Part shown: in pieces, positions 9,601 to 18,130 of the stretch
Layout: every line of letters begins with the position of its first letter
Position numbering within the stretch: position 1 is the first letter of the stretch
DNA from: Gemmatimonadota bacterium
GTDB taxonomy: Bacteria > Gemmatimonadota > Gemmatimonadetes > Longimicrobiales > Gaopeijiaceae
Assembly: GCA_034521595.1 (NCBI GenBank)
Contig: JAXHMG010000003.1
Coordinates: 1,376,001-1,440,000 of the forward strand
Length of the DNA stretch: 64,000 bases
Direction of reading: 5' to 3'
Position numbers and translations under genes: made by a program
Notes under the pieces: generated by a model
Seen by the model: the letters and a program-made list of their open reading frames with translations, nothing else
What the model was told of the DNA's origin: nothing
Databases searched by the model: none

Positions 9601-9726
9601 TCCACCGGCGTCTCGGCCCGCAGCAACATTCTCGGCTTCCTGATTCTGGAAGCGTACTATGCGTACCCGTGGCAGCGCCCCGACAAGGGTTGGCACTGGG
9701 GCTTCCAGATCGCACCGGGCTGGTAG
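6619..9726 (+). CDS. Omp85-superfamily outer membrane protein with N-terminal zinc peptidase (HExxH) and TolB/WD40-like propeller
   Basis: Signal peptide; HELVH plus downstream WLVEGMAEY; repeated PSWSPDG blades; barrel motifs VRGY, ELRVP, FADAG; C-terminal aromatic residue (..GFQIAPGW). Confidence 0.85.
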   Translation: MRFTSSGTTRLLAAFILASSVTVALPGEASGQYFGRNKVQFEDFDFRTLELDHFDLYFYGDDPEPIEDAARMAERWYERYARTFQHEFEKSKPLILYRNHPDFQQTNTLRGNIGGGTGGVTESLKNRVIMPLTGSYWDTDHVLGHELVHAFQYNIAQSRRGGGLQSLSGLPLWLVEGMAEYLSVGRTDPLTAMWMRDAIRRDEFPTIQQMTNDSRFFPYRFGQALWAYIGGTYGDDAVIQIYRRSLRGGFQSAVRQVIGQTADTLSARWKKQVEEDYMPVIEGREAPSEQGNLILAPSTGSGSVNISPSISPDGRFVAFLSEKDLFSVDLFLANAETGEIVRKLSSANSDPHIEALRYIDSSGTWSPDSRFFAYSVTAGGDNRIVIVDAESGSIERRIDPGMNIGSLTNPSWSPDGRYIAFSGMVDGISDLFVFDLETGTTERLTQDKYADLQPSWSPDGQNIVFTTDRGPETDFEELTYSAFQLATIDVGTREVTAIPVFGNVKHINPQYSADGSELYFISDRDGVSDIYALDLQNGDVRRITNLATGVSGHTYASPAMSVARSGLAAYTVFDEMEFHVYTRSMDEGTVVASVDENVDFPGRRLPPVNPDRFSRIETYLADADTGLYPSGTFDASEEAEDYDSSLSLDYVGQPSIGVGTDNFGNYASGGASAYFSDMLGNRVLGVQIQAQGTFKDIGGQAFYTDLSDRWNWGVGGGRIPYRLGFYEFNEDELGPYIGQTQFRIFNTSITGQLSYPFSSTRRVEFGLGATRYSYDVQVDKFYVDQFNRVIHFEREDRNDQAPDPLNMAEASAALVGDNAFFGFVSPVRGGRYRLEAQQTLGDVDFTTLIADWRRYFAPNRNLTIGVRGMHYGRYGLEPEGPSQDGFGILNPLFLGHETLVRGYAWESFQSSECEASSTAENTCPTLNRLRGQRIGVANLELRVPFIGVEEYGIINFPFLPTELVAFADAGLAWNSNDEFNLEFSRSSTDRIPVMSTGVSARSNILGFLILEAYYAYPWQRPDKGWHWGFQIAPGW

Positions 9727-9753
9727 GACACGTCGAGCGAGACCCTCGACGGC

Positions 9754-10713
9754 TCAGAAGATCGACAGGCTGAAGTACTTGCGCGGGTTTTCCTGGAGTT
9801 CGGTGAGAAGCGCGTTGAGGTTCTCAGCAGCCGCGTTCATGTTCACGTAGAGCTCCTCGTCGGTCGAGAGCCGTCCGAGCGTTCCCTCGCCCCGCTCTAC
9901 ACGTCCGAGCATCTCCCTCAGAGATCCCGCGGCCTCGTCGAGCGTGCGGCTCGTCGATTCGAGCGCCGCCATGGCGGAATCGGCCCTCGCTATAGCCCGT
10001 GCCACCTCGGGTCCGGCGGCGGTCGCGTCCTCCAGCCCGGCCGCCGAACGCCTCAAGCTCTGCGTGAGCTCACGGAGTCCTCCACGCTGCTCGTCCGCGA
10101 TCGCGGAAAGCTCGGCGAGGAGCCCCTCGAGCTCTCGGGCGCTCCCCTGCACCGAGCCCACCGTCTCCTGATCCAGAAGGGTCATGATCCGGTCCATGAC
10201 CGTCCCGGCCTGACCGCTGAGGTCGTCCACGGAGCCCAGCAGACCCTCGCCGCTCGCCGACTCGCCGGGAATGGTGTCCCAGGGCTGGAGCATCTGCGAA
10301 GACTCACCGGGCTCGATAACGAGGGTGCGCCCCCCGAACACTCCGGATGCCCCGAAGCTGGTACGGGAATCGGCCGGGATCTCCCACCGGCCCTCGATCT
10401 CCATGGTGATATGCACGCGCCCCGGCTCGGTGAGCTCGAAGTCGTGCACCCGCCCCAGGTTGATGCCGTACATCTGGATGGGATCACCGGCCCGAACGCC
10501 CCCGGCGTTCTCCACGGTCGTGACGACCTTGTACCGACCGCGGAAGGTGGCCGGATCGGTCATCCAGAAGAGCACGATGACGAACGAGATGAGGCCGAGG
10601 AGGACGAACACGCCCACCCTGGCATTGCTCGCGCCGGACTCTCGGGGCACCGCCTCCCTCAGCTCCTCGTCGGTCACGCTCCGCCCGTTTTCTCTCTGTC
10701 GTCTCTCAGTCAT
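9754..10713 (-). CDS. mlaD: MlaD/MCE family protein
   Basis: N-terminal TM helix; MCE motif AGGVRAGDPIQMYGINLGRV; coiled coil; GEGTLGRL..DEELY..NPRKY tail. Confidence 0.85.
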   Translation of the reverse strand: MTERRQRENGRSVTDEELREAVPRESGASNARVGVFVLLGLISFVIVLFWMTDPATFRGRYKVVTTVENAGGVRAGDPIQMYGINLGRVHDFELTEPGRVHITMEIEGRWEIPADSRTSFGASGVFGGRTLVIEPGESSQMLQPWDTIPGESASGEGLLGSVDDLSGQAGTVMDRIMTLLDQETVGSVQGSARELEGLLAELSAIADEQRGGLRELTQSLRRSAAGLEDATAAGPEVARAIARADSAMAALESTSRTLDEAAGSLREMLGRVERGEGTLGRLSTDEELYVNMNAAAENLNALLTELQENPRKYFSLSIF

Positions 10714-11480
10714 ACGGCCTCGATTCCCTTGTCGAGCTCGGCATTCGCGGCGGCCCGATCCACGAAGGCCCGGACCCGTGAGTCCGGCGAGTTCCTGAAT
10801 TCCGTCGGCGTCCCGCAGAAGCGCAGGTGCCCGCCGTCCAACATGGCCACACGATCGCACATGAGAAGCCCTCCCTCCACGTCGTGGGTGACGAGGAGCG
10901 AGGTGACGTCGAGCTCGTTGGACAGCCTCGTGATGAGCCGCTCCACCGCGGCAGTGTTGACCGGGTCGAGACCGGTCGTGGGCTCGTCCCAGAGCAGCAC
11001 TTTCGGCCGGCCGACGATCGCCCGCGCGATCCCGACGCGCTTCTTCATTCCACCGGACAGCTCCATGGGGATCTTGGACAGGACCTGGGCGGGCTCGAGG
11101 TTGACCGTCTCGATCGCCTCCCAGACCCTGCGCGCGACCTCGAGCTGGGAAGCTTCGACGAGCTCCCTCTCGGGGATCCCCATCGCGACGTTCTCGTACA
11201 CGCTGAGCGAATCGAACAGCGCCGCGTATTGGAACACGTACCCGACCCGACGGCGCACCTTGCCGAGTGCTTCACGCCCCCCCTGATATACCGAGATCCC
11301 GTCGACCATCACGTCTCCCCGATCGGGCACGATGAGCGAGAGGGTCGTCTTGAGGAGCACGCTCTTCCCGGTCCCGCTCGGTCCGAACAACGCGAACATC
11401 TCCCCCGCATCGACCGTGAGGTCGATCCCCTCGAGCACGGGCTCATCGAAGGCCTTGTGAACGTTGATATAGCGGATCAC
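10710..11480 (-). CDS. mlaF: MlaF-type ABC transporter ATP-binding protein
   Basis: Walker A GPSGTGKS; signature LSGGMKKR; Walker B LLWDEPTTGLDP; H-loop VTHD. Confidence 0.9.
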   Translation of the reverse strand: MIRYINVHKAFDEPVLEGIDLTVDAGEMFALFGPSGTGKSVLLKTTLSLIVPDRGDVMVDGISVYQGGREALGKVRRRVGYVFQYAALFDSLSVYENVAMGIPERELVEASQLEVARRVWEAIETVNLEPAQVLSKIPMELSGGMKKRVGIARAIVGRPKVLLWDEPTTGLDPVNTAAVERLITRLSNELDVTSLLVTHDVEGGLLMCDRVAMLDGGHLRFCGTPTEFRNSPDSRVRAFVDRAAANAELDKGIEAV

Positions 11481-11489
11481 GGGGAGGGC

Positions 11490-12359
11490 CTACTGGAGGA
11501 GAAGCGGGGGGAACATGGCGTCGAGAATCAACAACGCCAGGATCATGAACATCACGGCCTGGGTCGTCGTGAGCCCGACTCCGGCGGCTCCTCCTTTGGT
11601 GCGCAAGCCCATGTGGACCGAGATCAAAGGGATGAGCAGACCGAACACGACGGCCTTGCAGAACCCGTAAAAGAGGTCCCAGGAGTGCCAGAAGAGCCGG
11701 GCCCCGTAGAGGAACGCCTCGGTGCCCAGCCCGGTGCTGAGGTTGGCGGCGACCATGCCCGCCCCAATGCCGATCACGTCGGCGAATCCCACCAAAAGCG
11801 GCATCGTGACGACCCCCGCGATGACCCTTGGAGCACCGAGGATCGCAACGGGGTCGCGCCCGAGCGCCTCGAGCGCCTCGATCTGCTCCGAGACGACCAT
11901 GGTCCCGAGCTCCGCGGTGATACGGGCACCGATCCGGCCGACGAGCACGATCGCCGTGAGCAGCGGACCGAGCTCCAGCACGACGCTCTGTACCACCAGC
12001 GTGCCCAAGAGGTACGCCGGCGATGTCGACGCGAGCTGATATCCGCCCTGCTGGCTCGTCACGATACCGGACAGCGCGGCCGTCACGAACACGATGGGAA
12101 GGCTCTGGATCCCCATGATGTACATGTGGCGGATCACGTCCTTCCACCGGACTTTGCCCCGGACGATGGCCGACATGACACCCCACGACAGCACCCCGAG
12201 CCCACCCGCATGGTCGAGTGTGACCCCGGAGGCACGGCCGAAGCCGCTGAGCCAACGGCGGATGAACGTCGGAACGGGAAGCGCGAACGATGAACGCTTC
12301 AAGGCAAGAGCGGCTCCAGGAAGGGTGTCCCCGCGAGTCGGGGGGTCCACGGCGTTCAA
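11490..12359 (-). CDS. mlaE: MlaE-type ABC transporter permease
   Basis: ELGPLLTAIVLVGRIGARITAELGTM..EQIEAL; GGAAGVG..TTQAV; start uncertain. Confidence 0.9.
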   Translation of the reverse strand: MNAVDPPTRGDTLPGAALALKRSSFALPVPTFIRRWLSGFGRASGVTLDHAGGLGVLSWGVMSAIVRGKVRWKDVIRHMYIMGIQSLPIVFVTAALSGIVTSQQGGYQLASTSPAYLLGTLVVQSVVLELGPLLTAIVLVGRIGARITAELGTMVVSEQIEALEALGRDPVAILGAPRVIAGVVTMPLLVGFADVIGIGAGMVAANLSTGLGTEAFLYGARLFWHSWDLFYGFCKAVVFGLLIPLISVHMGLRTKGGAAGVGLTTTQAVMFMILALLILDAMFPPLLLQ

Positions 12360-12479
12360 CCTTCGGGAAAAGCACGGGCAAAATCAACCGCCGGGTGGTG
12401 CCGCGAGCGGCCTCTCGCTACCGTGCTGATTCCGCCCCGAGCGGAGGAACCACCACGTGAGCGTATGGAGACGACAAAC

Positions 12480-13775
12480 ATGAGCCCTCGCCCCCCGATC
12501 AACGCCCTCGCCGTGGCCCTGGCGTTCACCGTCGGTGTCGCCCCGGCCGTGGCACAGACGCCCGACTACGAAGCGGAAATCGCGGCCCTCACCGCACACG
12601 GGGCGGTGCAGCGCGCAATGGAGATCATCGAGGCCGAAGACGCGGCCACGATGCGCGACCTCCGCGAGCTGACGCAGATTCCCGCCCCGCCGTTCATGGA
12701 GACGGAGCGGGGAGCACGCTTTCGCGAGATGCTCGAGGAAGCCGGCGTCGACTCGACCTGGGTTGACGCCGAGGGGAACGTCATCGGCCTGCGTCGCGGC
12801 TCGGGAGGCGACGAGGTCATCGCGATCACCGGTCACCTCGATACGGTGTTCCCCGAGGGAACGGACGTCAGCATCGAAGAGCGTGGAGACACGCTGCACG
12901 CCCCGGGCGTCGCGGACGACACCAGAGGCCTCGCGGCGCTGCTCGCGATGCTCCGTGCCATGAACGAGGCCGAGGTCACGACCTCCGCGGACGTTCTCTT
13001 CGTGGGCACGGTCGGCGAAGAAGGCCTCGGCGACCTCCGCGGCGTGAAGCACCTGTTCCGGGAAGGCGGCCCGCGCATCGACGCCTTCATCTCCATCGAC
13101 GGCACGGGCCATGCGGGGATCACGCATCAGGCGCTCGGCTCCCACAGGTACCGGGTGACCTTTCGCGGGCCCGGCGGACACTCCTGGGGGGCGTTCGGTC
13201 TCGCCAACCCCCAGCACGCCCTCGGCCGCGCCATCCACCACTTCGACGTGGCGGCCGACGCCGTCACCCAGGAAGGGCCACGCACGAGCTACAACGTCGG
13301 CCGTATCGGGGGGGGTACGTCGGTGAACTCCATTCCGTTCGAGGGATGGATGGAGGTGGACATGCGGTCCGAGAGCCCGGCGAGCCTGGACCGCATCGAC
13401 GCGGTCTTCCAGCGCGCCATGAACCGGGCGCTCGAGGAGATGAACACGACCCGCCGCGAGGGCGAGCCGCTCACACTCGAGCTGGACATGATCGGGGACC
13501 GCCCGTCGGGCGAGATCCCCGAGGACGACCCATTCGTTCAGCGCGCGATCGCCGTCACCCGTCATATCGGCGCCGAGCCCCGCCTCGGGCGGAGCTCCAC
13601 GGACGCGAACACGCCGATCTCGATGGGCATCCCCGCCATGACCATCGGGGGTGGAGGCGTGGGTGGCGGCGCTCACTCGCTCGACGAGTGGTTCGTGAAC
13701 GAAGACGGCCCGCTCGGTATTCAGCGAGCCATGCTCATCCTCCTCGCGCAGGCCGGGATCCCCGGGACCAGCTAG
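12480..13775 (+). CDS. Secreted M20/M25/M40 family metallohydrolase
   Basis: Signal peptide; GHLDT, ADD, GEEG, GGHS, AHSLDE metal-ligand motifs; GGAG upstream of ATG 12480. Confidence 0.85.
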   Translation: MSPRPPINALAVALAFTVGVAPAVAQTPDYEAEIAALTAHGAVQRAMEIIEAEDAATMRDLRELTQIPAPPFMETERGARFREMLEEAGVDSTWVDAEGNVIGLRRGSGGDEVIAITGHLDTVFPEGTDVSIEERGDTLHAPGVADDTRGLAALLAMLRAMNEAEVTTSADVLFVGTVGEEGLGDLRGVKHLFREGGPRIDAFISIDGTGHAGITHQALGSHRYRVTFRGPGGHSWGAFGLANPQHALGRAIHHFDVAADAVTQEGPRTSYNVGRIGGGTSVNSIPFEGWMEVDMRSESPASLDRIDAVFQRAMNRALEEMNTTRREGEPLTLELDMIGDRPSGEIPEDDPFVQRAIAVTRHIGAEPRLGRSSTDANTPISMGIPAMTIGGGGVGGGAHSLDEWFVNEDGPLGIQRAMLILLAQAGIPGTS

Positions 13776-13836
13776 GGGCCACGAGCACGGCATTCCCAAG
13801 AACTTCGAACCAAAGACGAAGGATGACCACAGCCTC

Positions 13837-14631
13837 ATGACGGACACCACGGACAGCGCACGGAACAACCATCCGAACACCAACGAGAATCTGGACGGCC
13901 GGGTCGCGGTCGTGACCGGAGCCTCCGCCGGCATCGGTGAGGCTTCGGCGCTGGCACTGGCGCGTGCGGGAGCATCCGTCGTCGTCACGGCCCGCCGCAA
14001 AGAGCGGCTGGACGCCCTCGCGACCCGGATCCGCGACGAGGGCGGCACCGCGCTCCCCTACCCGGCGGACGTGGCGGTGCTCGAGGACGTGCAGAGCCTG
14101 GCCGACGCGGTGGTGGCCGAGTTCGGACGCATCGACATCCTGGTGAACAACGCCGGCCTGATGCCCCTGGCTCCGATCACCGACGTCCGGATCGAAGACT
14201 GGACCCGGATGGTCGACGTCAACATCAAAGGCGTGCTCCACTGCATCTCGACCATGCTGCCTACGATGCTCGAGCAAGGCGGTGGCCACGTGGTCAACGT
14301 CGGGTCGCTCGCCGGTCGCCGTCCCTTCCCGGGCGGCACGGTCTACTCGGCCACGAAGTTCGCGATCCGCTCGCTCTCGTGGGGCATGCACCTCGAGCTC
14401 GGTGCCAAGCACGGCATCCGGGTGACCGACATCCAGCCGGGTTTCGTCTCCACAGAGATCCTCGACGAATCCTCCGATCCGGAGATCAGGGAGAAGTGGG
14501 ACGAGATGTGGAAGGGACGTCGCACGCTACAGCCCGAGGACGTCGCCCGTACGCTCCTGTTCGCGGTGACTTCGCCCGAGCACGTCTCGGTGAGCGAGGT
14601 GCTCGTGCGGCCGCTGGATCAGGGCTCATGA
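13837..14631 (+). CDS. Short-chain dehydrogenase/reductase
   Basis: TGASAGIG, NNAG, catalytic YSATK. Confidence 0.9.
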   Translation: MTDTTDSARNNHPNTNENLDGRVAVVTGASAGIGEASALALARAGASVVVTARRKERLDALATRIRDEGGTALPYPADVAVLEDVQSLADAVVAEFGRIDILVNNAGLMPLAPITDVRIEDWTRMVDVNIKGVLHCISTMLPTMLEQGGGHVVNVGSLAGRRPFPGGTVYSATKFAIRSLSWGMHLELGAKHGIRVTDIQPGFVSTEILDESSDPEIREKWDEMWKGRRTLQPEDVARTLLFAVTSPEHVSVSEVLVRPLDQGS

Positions 14632-16652
14632 AGACCTGCGCTTCGTGCCTCCTTCTCCTGGTGGGCGTCCTCCTGGCCGGCCCGGTGGCCGGCCAGGAGC
14701 GCGAGCTCCAAATCGTCTCCGACCCCGACAGGATCGACTTGGCGGTCGGTGATTCCGCGCGACTCCTGGTCTCGGTGGTCGACGCGGAGGGACGTACGCG
14801 CGACGTCCCGGTCCGTCTCACCGCACCCCGGACGACGCTCGAGTTGCGGGACGGATACGTGCACGGACGGCGGGTCGGCTCCCATGCCGTGGTCGCCACG
14901 GTCGTGCCGCGGGCCGAGATCGACGGTTCAGCGCCCCCCCTGGAAATCCCCGTGGAGGTGGAGTGGCCGGATATCGACCGATTGGTCGTCCAGGCAGGAG
15001 CGACGGTGCTTTACGACGGCACGACCGTGAACCACCGGATCGAAGCGTACCACGCGGACGACACGCGTCGGCCGGACCCCGAGGTCGACTGGTCCAGCTC
15101 CGATCCGGCCGTGGCGACCGTGGACGCGTTCGGCGCCGTGACCGCCCACGCCGCCGGCTCGGTCACGATCTCCGCGGCCGTCGAGGGCGTCACGGAACGG
15201 GTCCGCTACGACGTAGAGCCCTTCCCCGCCACGGATCTCCGCATCGAAGGGGGAGCCGAGACGGCGCGCTCCGGTGACGTGATCCGCTTCGACGTACGCG
15301 GACGAGCGGAGAACGGTGGTCCCGTCGAGGATCTGCCGGTCACCTGGGCCTACACGTTCGAACCCGACGATTCGATCCAGGCGCCGGGCGCCTCGGCGAT
15401 CGTGGAGGACGGCACCTTCGTGGCCGAAGTGCCCGGGCGGTACACGGTATTGGCGGTCTCGGGGCCGCTCTCGGCCCGGCGCTCCGTCCGAGTGACGCCG
15501 CGGGACGTCGTCCGGGAGGTCGAGTTCCAGGGCCAGGGACGGGTCAGTGACGTCCACACGTCCGACCTGTGGGTATTCGAGGGACTCGACGGTCGCGATT
15601 ACGCGCTCACGGGCACGTGGGGCGGTGACGGGTGGGCCTACGTCTGGGACGTGACCGACCCGACGGTGCCGGTGAAGACCGATTCCCTGCAGGTCGACGC
15701 ACGCACGGTGAACGACGTGAAAGTCGCACCGAACGGGCGGTACGCCGCGCTCTCGCGGGAGGGCGCTTCAGATCGCCGCAACGGTGTCGTCATCCTCGAC
15801 ATGGCCGATCCGGCCCATCCGACCATCGCGTCGACGTTCGACGGGAACGGGGTGACCGGGGGCGTGCACAACATGTTCGCGACGGACGAGCACCTCTTCG
15901 CGCTCGCCGGGGGAGACAAGTACGTCATCATCGACGTGAGCGACCCCTACGAGCCGCGGTTCGTCAGCGAGTACAACCACCCCGACAGCCGTATCCACGA
16001 CGTCTGGGTCCACGACGGCGTCGCGTACTCCTCGGAGTGGGAGAACGGGGTGGTCGTGGTCGACGTCGGCAACGGACGCTGGGGCGGATCGATCGACAAC
16101 CCGGTGTTCGTCACGAACGTGCCCTACCCGGTCGGACGCACGCACGCGGCCTTCCCGTACCATCAGGAATCCACGGGACGCTTCTACCTCTTCCTGGGCG
16201 ACGAGATTCTCACGCGCGAAGGGGCGGCGTTCGAAGGATTCGGGGGCAATGCGCCGTATGACCCGGCGACCGGCACCGGCGGAGTGCAGTCTCCGACCAG
16301 CGGCTACGTGCACATCATCGACTTCACCGATCCCGAGAACCCGCGGGACGTGGCACGCTACGAGATCCCGGAAGCGGGCACGCACAACATGTGGATCGAA
16401 GACGACGTGCTGTATCAGGCCTACTATGAGGGGGGGCTGCGCATGGTCGACGTGTCCGGCGAGCTCAAGGGCAACCTCGCGACCCAGGGGCGAGAGATCG
16501 CGGTGTTCAAGCCCTTCGACCCGCGGGGATTCCTGGTCAATCAGCCCAACGTCTGGGGCGCGCAGCCCCACAAAGGGCACGTCTTCTTCAGCGACTTCAA
16601 CTCGGGGCTCTGGGCCGTCAAGCTCCAGCCACCCACGCGCCCGATCTCGTGA
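14628..16652 (+). CDS. Secreted protein with Ig-like (Big_2) domains and LVIVD-repeat beta-propeller
   Basis: Signal peptide; WSSSDPAVATVD; repeats WDVTDP, LDMADP, IDVSDP, IDFTDP; ATGA overlap with the SDR stop. Confidence 0.8.
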   Translation: MKTCASCLLLLVGVLLAGPVAGQERELQIVSDPDRIDLAVGDSARLLVSVVDAEGRTRDVPVRLTAPRTTLELRDGYVHGRRVGSHAVVATVVPRAEIDGSAPPLEIPVEVEWPDIDRLVVQAGATVLYDGTTVNHRIEAYHADDTRRPDPEVDWSSSDPAVATVDAFGAVTAHAAGSVTISAAVEGVTERVRYDVEPFPATDLRIEGGAETARSGDVIRFDVRGRAENGGPVEDLPVTWAYTFEPDDSIQAPGASAIVEDGTFVAEVPGRYTVLAVSGPLSARRSVRVTPRDVVREVEFQGQGRVSDVHTSDLWVFEGLDGRDYALTGTWGGDGWAYVWDVTDPTVPVKTDSLQVDARTVNDVKVAPNGRYAALSREGASDRRNGVVILDMADPAHPTIASTFDGNGVTGGVHNMFATDEHLFALAGGDKYVIIDVSDPYEPRFVSEYNHPDSRIHDVWVHDGVAYSSEWENGVVVVDVGNGRWGGSIDNPVFVTNVPYPVGRTHAAFPYHQESTGRFYLFLGDEILTREGAAFEGFGGNAPYDPATGTGGVQSPTSGYVHIIDFTDPENPRDVARYEIPEAGTHNMWIEDDVLYQAYYEGGLRMVDVSGELKGNLATQGREIAVFKPFDPRGFLVNQPNVWGAQPHKGHVFFSDFNSGLWAVKLQPPTRPIS

Positions 16653-16681
16653 GGCGCGGCCGCGCTTAGCAGCCCGTGGGC

Positions 16682-17887
16682 TCAGGAGCCGGCGGGCTCC
16701 ATCTTCCAGAACACGATCCCGCCGGCTTGCTGTCCCACCTCGACGGAGTCGATCCGCTCGAAGGATCGGAGGTCGAAGACGTCGACCTTTCCGGGTTCGG
16801 CTCCCTTGCCTTCGACGCTGACGAACGCGTAGCGCGAGTCGGGTGTCACGGCGACACCGTGCGTCACTGTGGTGGTCGAGGGCGCCACGGCCAAGCTCCG
16901 CCCCGTCTCGGCATCGAAGAACTCCACCTGCCCGGCCGTCTTGAGTGACGCCACGAGGATCCGGCCGTCCGGCGTCACGTCCAGGTTGTATGGCCCGGCT
17001 CCGGTGGGAATCCTGCGTTCGAGCACCCACTCCTCCCGGTCGATCACGAGGATCTCGTCACTCCCGTTGCACGCCACGAAAACACGGCGGCCATCCGGCG
17101 AGGGCTCGGCCCAGGTGGGCGAGCAGGTAGGCTCGCTCGCCCCATGCTCGGCATCCATGCCACTCATGGCGTCCGCTCCGGAGCGCATGCCCAACGCGCC
17201 CGTATGCACCTCCGGCTCGGGGTAGTCCTCGAGCGCGGCCTCCTCGCCCTGGCGCACGGAGAAGCGCCGGGTCACCTCGAAGCTCCGCGTGTCGATCTCC
17301 ACGAGCTGATCGTCCATCATGCACATCGAGTAGGCGTGGGCGCCGTCCGGCGACAAGCGCATACCGTGCGGCATCGTACAGGTGGGAACCTGCTCCACCT
17401 CGACGAGGTCCGGCGTGTAGACGACCGACACCGTCGACGGTACGTGCTCGCCGTGGAGGTTGAAGTTGACCACGAACGCGTAGAGCCCATCGGGCGTCAG
17501 ATCGAGCGTGGCGGGGAAGTTACCCAGGAGGATCGGGGCCGCCACGAGCGTATCCACGCCGGCTTCGAACTTCCAGAGCTTTCCGTCCGGGACGCCGTGC
17601 GCGGTCGTCATGTACAGGTGGCGTCCGTCTCCCGATACCCCCAATCCGTGCGGCCCCTCGGTCTCGACCGGGATCTCGCCCACCGGCGTGGTCTGCTCGA
17701 CGCTCATCCCGTCCGGCCCGAGCCGGATCCTGTGGATCAGGTCCGCCGACTCGGCTCCCACGTACGCGTAGTACGTCCGTGCTCCGTCGGGAGGAGCGGG
17801 CGCCGATCCGACAGGCGTGGATGTCCCCCCGCCCGAGCAAGCTACGACTGCGAGGAGAGAAGCGGTTGGAAACAGATGTTTGAGCAT
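16682..17887 (-). CDS. YncE/YVTN-like beta-propeller lipoprotein
   Basis: Lipobox VVAC; repeated TPDG/SPDG blades (GPHG, MPHG, GPYN, THG). Confidence 0.8.
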   Translation of the reverse strand: MLKHLFPTASLLAVVACSGGGTSTPVGSAPAPPDGARTYYAYVGAESADLIHRIRLGPDGMSVEQTTPVGEIPVETEGPHGLGVSGDGRHLYMTTAHGVPDGKLWKFEAGVDTLVAAPILLGNFPATLDLTPDGLYAFVVNFNLHGEHVPSTVSVVYTPDLVEVEQVPTCTMPHGMRLSPDGAHAYSMCMMDDQLVEIDTRSFEVTRRFSVRQGEEAALEDYPEPEVHTGALGMRSGADAMSGMDAEHGASEPTCSPTWAEPSPDGRRVFVACNGSDEILVIDREEWVLERRIPTGAGPYNLDVTPDGRILVASLKTAGQVEFFDAETGRSLAVAPSTTTVTHGVAVTPDSRYAFVSVEGKGAEPGKVDVFDLRSFERIDSVEVGQQAGGIVFWKMEPAGS

Positions 17888-18130
17888 CGATGATCGCTGG
17901 AGATTCGGGCCTTTTCCGGCCTCGGGATCGTGTCGGTTGCCTTCAACTGAAGGTCCGTGTGAACTTCGTGGCTCGTACGCGGCCCCGCCAGGGCGCCCAC
18001 GGCAGTGGCCGTTCGGTCGACCTCGCGCCCCGCTCCTGGTATCTTGGCGCGTTACCCAACACGTCCGGACGCGCCGACGGAGGCATGACACCGCAGGGGG
18101 GCAGCCGAGCCAGCTTCCCGCTGCGACACC

